A DNA stretch of 64,000 nt. Source: Tubiluchus corallicola (lineage: Eukaryota > Animalia > Priapulida). Location of the stretch: contig JAQGDQ010000022.1 of the NCBI GenBank assembly GCA_030141605.1, forward strand, positions 1-64,000, written 5' to 3'. Positions 60,601 through 64,000 of the stretch are shown one piece after another. How positions within the stretch are numbered: position 1 is the stretch's first letter; every line of letters starts with the position of its first letter. The position numbers were made by a program, and so were the translations under genes. The notes under the pieces are model-generated. The model worked only from the letters and a program-made list of their open reading frames with translations, was not told the DNA's origin and did no database searches.

Positions 60601-62727
60601 GGGTCAGGTAATTCGGTCTTCAGTCGGTGATAAGAGAGACCTGTACTATCAAAGCAAGGTGAGTTATTTCTTGTCCAAAATTTATTTTTAATAATATTCA
60701 GCATTTTAGAAAATAAAACTATGCTAAAAAATAAGGTAATATTGGGACAGCTGCAAAAAATAAAGCATTGTGTGACATAGTATCTTATAACATCACTGTG
60801 ATGCCCACTCTGGGCAAATATACACTACTAACAATCAAACTCAGTTGGAATAAAATTTTTGGTTTGTAGAATTTAAATAAATTTTGAAGATTTCGAACGA
60901 ATTCAGAGTGCCTAATAAAAATAAGAATGTGTGTAGAAATCATGTCTTTATCTGGGTTTACAGTTTTCTTTGTTGCTTTAATTCACATGTTGTAACAATA
61001 AAGAATGTTTGTAATTGACATGTTGAATTATTTGAGTTCATAATTTAAGATTCAAGTCAAATTTGATTAAAAAATTTGATTCGAACATTCGAACTTGAGC
61101 TCTTGAATGCCGCTAATACCAACCAAGGTTAAATGGAAATTATTTTTGTTATTCGTCTGTTGAATTTTGACTGTTTTCGAGCAGAAAGTTTTATTTCATG
61201 TTACTGTATGTGTTTCAGCATATTGGTTGCTACATGTTTCGCATTGATAACTGGGATCTAATAGATGCGACAATGTACGGGAATGCAGCTCGATTTATCA
61301 ACCATTCATGTGAGGTAGGTTTAATAATTTGTAATATTTCGAAGGCATAGAATGACAAAATTATAACTGTTGGAAGTATTCAACTGAAACGTTAATGACA
61401 AAATGATAAAAGACTCACTATGTTTTTGCACAGACATTGAGCTAAAGCATGTAATGAGGAGTAGTGTTATTCAATGTTGTTTTTTTCTGCTGCAATGCGA
61501 TACCGATATTTAACCTTGGGCACTGAGTTGATACCTGTCCAATATTAAAAAAAATTGTGTTTATGTATGAGGCACCTGTAAATTTACCTGCAAGAGCTAT
61601 ATAAAAAAGAAGCACAAATTTTGCTTGCAAGTAAGCCTATTTATGCAAGCTGATGATGTTAAATCTATTCATCTTCTTTATGATGATGTATATTATAGTA
61701 TGTATATGCAATATACTGTTTAAGAAAACTAAACTTAACTAAAGTATAATGCACTTTGGTAGCTTAACATAGAAATTAAAGTTTGATTAAGAAAAATAAT
61801 GAACGTAATTAACATCATTCTGATTTTCAACTTTTTTTGTAAAATTTAATTTCTAAAATTTCAATTGAAGGTAATAAAATTGGTAATACCATGAGTGAAA
61901 TTCATCCTTATAAACCTTAAACTGACAAGTTATGTAATAGTTAAAATCAAGCTGTATCACCAGTGTGTGCTATCAGCTGCGGCTAGAAAGGCTTGAATGT
62001 TCAAAAATTGAGTGCAGCAAGTTAAGGTCATTTGCAGGTTAATAGCTGAGTATATATCGTATTATAGGGACATGCGACTGTACTTATACTATCTGATACC
62101 TGTGCGAGCTCATCAAGGTCATTTACATGTGCAAGTGCTAACTTTCTGGGCACTTGCATCTGTAACTACTGAAAGTTTAAGCAGATTAAAGATTGGGCGA
62201 TATTTGATATTTAAGAAAATTTGATATATCGAGGAATATCAGAATTTTGCTATATATGGGAGTATCCAACACAGAGTATTGAATATTGAATGATACTACT
62301 GAGGAACCTGTAAATTTTGCATGCATGGAAGTGATTCCTATTTTTTAGGTGGAGCTGCAAATAAGTGGCTTTTCATTTTGCACATATTTAGGCTAAATCT
62401 TGTATACATGAAAAACAACTTGTATTGAAAAGTTTAAATTTATGTGTGATTGTTAATCAAATGTTTTCCGTTTTTTTATTGCCATCCATAAGGAACTGCT
62501 TTTAATCTCGATAGCTGCTCATTCTAAAATGTGTTGAATAAATTTCTTTGCAGCCTAACTGTTACTCTAAAGTCATCAACGTGGACGGGAATAAACACAT
62601 TGTGATCTTTGCTCTACGTGCGATCCAGCGAGGCGAGGAGCTGACGTACGATTATAAATTCCCTTATGAAGACACCAAGATTCCGTGTACATGCGGAGCA
62701 AAAAAGTGCCGTCAGTATTTGAACTAA
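32083..62727 (+). CDS. trx: Histone-lysine N-methyltransferase trithorax / KMT2A-KMT2B (MLL1/2) orthologue, about 36 exons, about 2784 aa
   Basis: Exons 32083-32244, 32437-32573, 33438-34464, 34963-35025 (tentative), 35491-35650, 36167-36313, 36785-36895, 37534-38432, 38549-38687, 38838-38997, 39758-39805, 40103-40259, 41652-41795, 42627-42749, 43339-43449, 44064-44204, 46127-46219, 46587-46707, 46903-47016, 47482-47657, 48948-49454, 49638-49742, 50099-50169, 51210-51364, 51716-51819, 52128-52265, 53588-53746, 53952-54148, 55031-56745, 57810-57926, 58332-58406, 58973-59106, 59615-59772, 60442-60658, 61219-61314, 62554-62727 (sum 8355 nt, in frame). Motifs: menin-binding RFPGRPG, FxGF, AT-hooks, [16 protein letters not shown]1-3, bromo-like FPW, DHNY, ePHD, FYRN, FYRC, Win GCARTE, SET ([13 protein letters not shown]) and post-SET CxCx4C. 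Confidence 0.95.
32874..32965. repeat. 20-bp inverted repeats flanking a CCTAAC-type core (short mobile-element relic)
   Basis: AGTTTACAATTCCCCACATA and TGTGTGGGTAATTGTAAACT; centre AACCCTAGTCCTAACCC. Confidence 0.55.
36167..36895 (+). CDS. trx: trx exons encoding a nuclear-receptor-type C4 zinc finger
   Basis: CEIC...[15 protein letters not shown]...CEHKG|[15 protein letters not shown]. Confidence 0.85.
36603..36673. repeat. (ATAC)n microsatellite
   Basis: Direct inspection. Confidence 0.97.
38838..40259 (+). CDS. trx: trx exons encoding the CXXC zinc finger
   Basis: [24 protein letters not shown]|[16 protein letters not shown]|KRICLNP over three exons. Confidence 0.9.
41074..41360 (+). 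mobile_element. Decayed RTE (BovB-like) LINE reverse-transcriptase fragment
   Basis: [13 protein letters not shown]...[14 protein letters not shown], then LMVYQAA...QTWT...SILNVK across frameshifts. This matches the RTE pattern FxYLGS..RIxxAxxAFGKL..VY.A..LLYG.ETWT. Confidence 0.65.
43339..47657 (+). CDS. trx: trx exons encoding PHD fingers 1-3
   Basis: [82 protein letters not shown]. Confidence 0.92.
45197..45647. mobile_element. hAT (Charlie-like) MITE with 16-bp TIRs and 8-bp TSD
   Basis: CAGGGGTGTGCAAATT...AATTTGCACACCCCTG is flanked by an identical TCCTACAG (45189-45196 and 45648-45655). Subterminal GCGGCCCG motifs. Confidence 0.93.
46019..46126 (+). repeat. Perfect 54-bp tandem duplication of an intron 3' end (branch-like CTAAC, pyrimidine tract, CAG)
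   Basis: CTCAGTTTCGCTAACAAAAGTACCCATTTAATTACCTTTGTGTATTCTTTGCAG occurs twice. Confidence 0.95.
56340..56471 (+). repeat. Coding 33-bp minisatellite (4 x 11 aa) in the large trx exon
   Basis: [11 protein letters not shown] / [11 protein letters not shown] / [11 protein letters not shown] / [11 protein letters not shown]. Confidence 0.9.
57176..57410. mobile_element. Degenerate palindromic MITE (PIF/Harbinger-like)
   Basis: Ends AGTCCCCAT and ATGGGGTTC with TTA nearby; inner inverted pair GAATGTGCAGCA / TGCTGCACGTTC; hairpin TTCCTCGTGAGGA...TCCTCACGAGGAA. Confidence 0.45.
58104..58175 (+). mobile_element. Possible tRNA-derived SINE head relic
   Basis: A-box-like TAGTTTAGTGG, a degraded B-box GTTTCAAGTC and a T-rich tail. 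It does not fold as an intact tRNA. Confidence 0.25.
59615..62727 (+). CDS. trx: trx exons encoding the Win motif, SET and post-SET domains
   Basis: NPSGCARTE; [23 protein letters not shown]; [25 protein letters not shown]|[27 protein letters not shown]. Confidence 0.96.
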
Positions 62728-64000
62728 TAAGCTGTCCATAGTAAAAAGAGAGTAAAATATTTTGCTCATTTTTGGAGTGTGTGTATATATTAATGAGTTT
62801 GTTTAAAAAACTTTGTCTATTTACAAGGATTTTTCACATTGGAGAATCATATATCTGGTACTAGGTTAAGTTAATTGAATTAAATATTAAAAGCTACCTA
62901 AAGTCATTCATGTCTTATTGCATTTGCACACTCCCAGATAGTTACATTTCTGAATTACATGCTTTGATCAGTGGTTCTTTTAAAAAAACTCAAGATTTAA
63001 ATTCCCGTTAATGGCCTTATAAAGTCCTCAGTCTCAGTCTTCACACTGTGTTTTCTCCTTTATGAATTAATTGTCTGCTTATATTGCAGTGCTGCCTCTT
63101 TATTTGTCGACACATTAATAATTCAACTTGTTCACAGTTTCTACTATTGCTTTTACATTTTTAGAAAACTAGAAAGTTACAGCTGTTTTTACAGTATAAG
63201 TGCATAGTAAAAATTGAGACTTTTTTGGGCATTTAACACCTTGTTTGAGCAGACGATTGCAGTAAAAATGTACATTTTAAATTTTCATCATAATGAAACT
63301 GGTACAAAATTGCCAATGTAACACACATTTTACTTGGAGATTCAGCAAGTATAATGTTATCGTGCTGGAAAAACTATTATCCCCAAGCTGACATGCCTAT
63401 TTCAAAAGCTTAACATCATCAGTTTTGGTATTCTTAAATGACAGTAGAGGTGCTACGATGGCTGCCTGACATTGATTATTGTGTTTCTGTATCTGAATAA
63501 CCAAAGTAATATCACTGTATGTTTATTAATTTGGGCGCTAATATTAACTTTTTTAAGTTATTCTTAACTATTATTACCAATACGTGCCGTTGTTTTGCCG
63601 AGCACTGTGTATGTACGAGTTGAACACTATAACACAGCTGTATTTTATTGTTGTAGATAGACCCTAAGATTTTATCACTGTAAATATTGTACTCATATCA
63701 CTAGGTAGGTTGGCCTATTTAGACAATTTTTTATTTTCTTTTGAATTCAGTTAGAATTTATGCTTCAAAAGCTGTTGTAAATTTTGTTTAAATCATCTTC
63801 TGTCTTATCAATTTGTTATTGGAAATCCGGGTACACAGTTTTAAACCTGAACATGTAAAATTGCGTTTTTGTATTATACTAGAAGAATGTAGAAGATTTA
63901 ATTATTATTATTATAATAAAATTGGAAAAATGACAAAGTATTTACTGCATAGTAAGTTACATTTTTGTTTACAATTGATTCCCCAAGACGAGTCATTCAT

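Overview
AT-rich, intron-rich DNA from a eukaryote, most likely an invertebrate bilaterian. I reconstructed three spliced protein-coding genes by hand from GT-AG junctions and conserved motifs. (1) The 3' part (11 exons) of a PPEF/rdgC Ser/Thr phosphatase with EF-hands, + strand, 1212-11126; its 5' exons lie upstream of the window. (2) A complete 9-exon Cap'n'collar bZIP gene (Nrf1/Nrf2/CncC orthologue), - strand, 27273-18343, about 763 aa. It combines an Nrf1-type ER anchor and glycodomain with Keap1 DLG/ETGE degrons. (3) A complete trithorax/KMT2A-B (MLL) H3K4 methyltransferase of about 36 exons, + strand, 32083-62727, about 2784 aa, transcribed divergently from cnc. Introns and spacers hold several MITEs (TcMar, hAT, EnSpm-like, PIF-like), decayed LINE and THAP relics, microsatellites and tandem duplications. 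The most notable observations are: the Trx carries both a nuclear-receptor-type C4 zinc finger and a CXXC domain with an altered CpG-reading loop; a perfect in-frame 54-bp duplication of a 3' splice site lies inside PHD2; the Taspase1 sites are degenerate; and cnc has a candidate splicing switch between Nrf1-like and Nrf2-like isoforms. I found no CRISPR, rRNA or intact tRNA, and I cannot claim a wholly new system from sequence alone.
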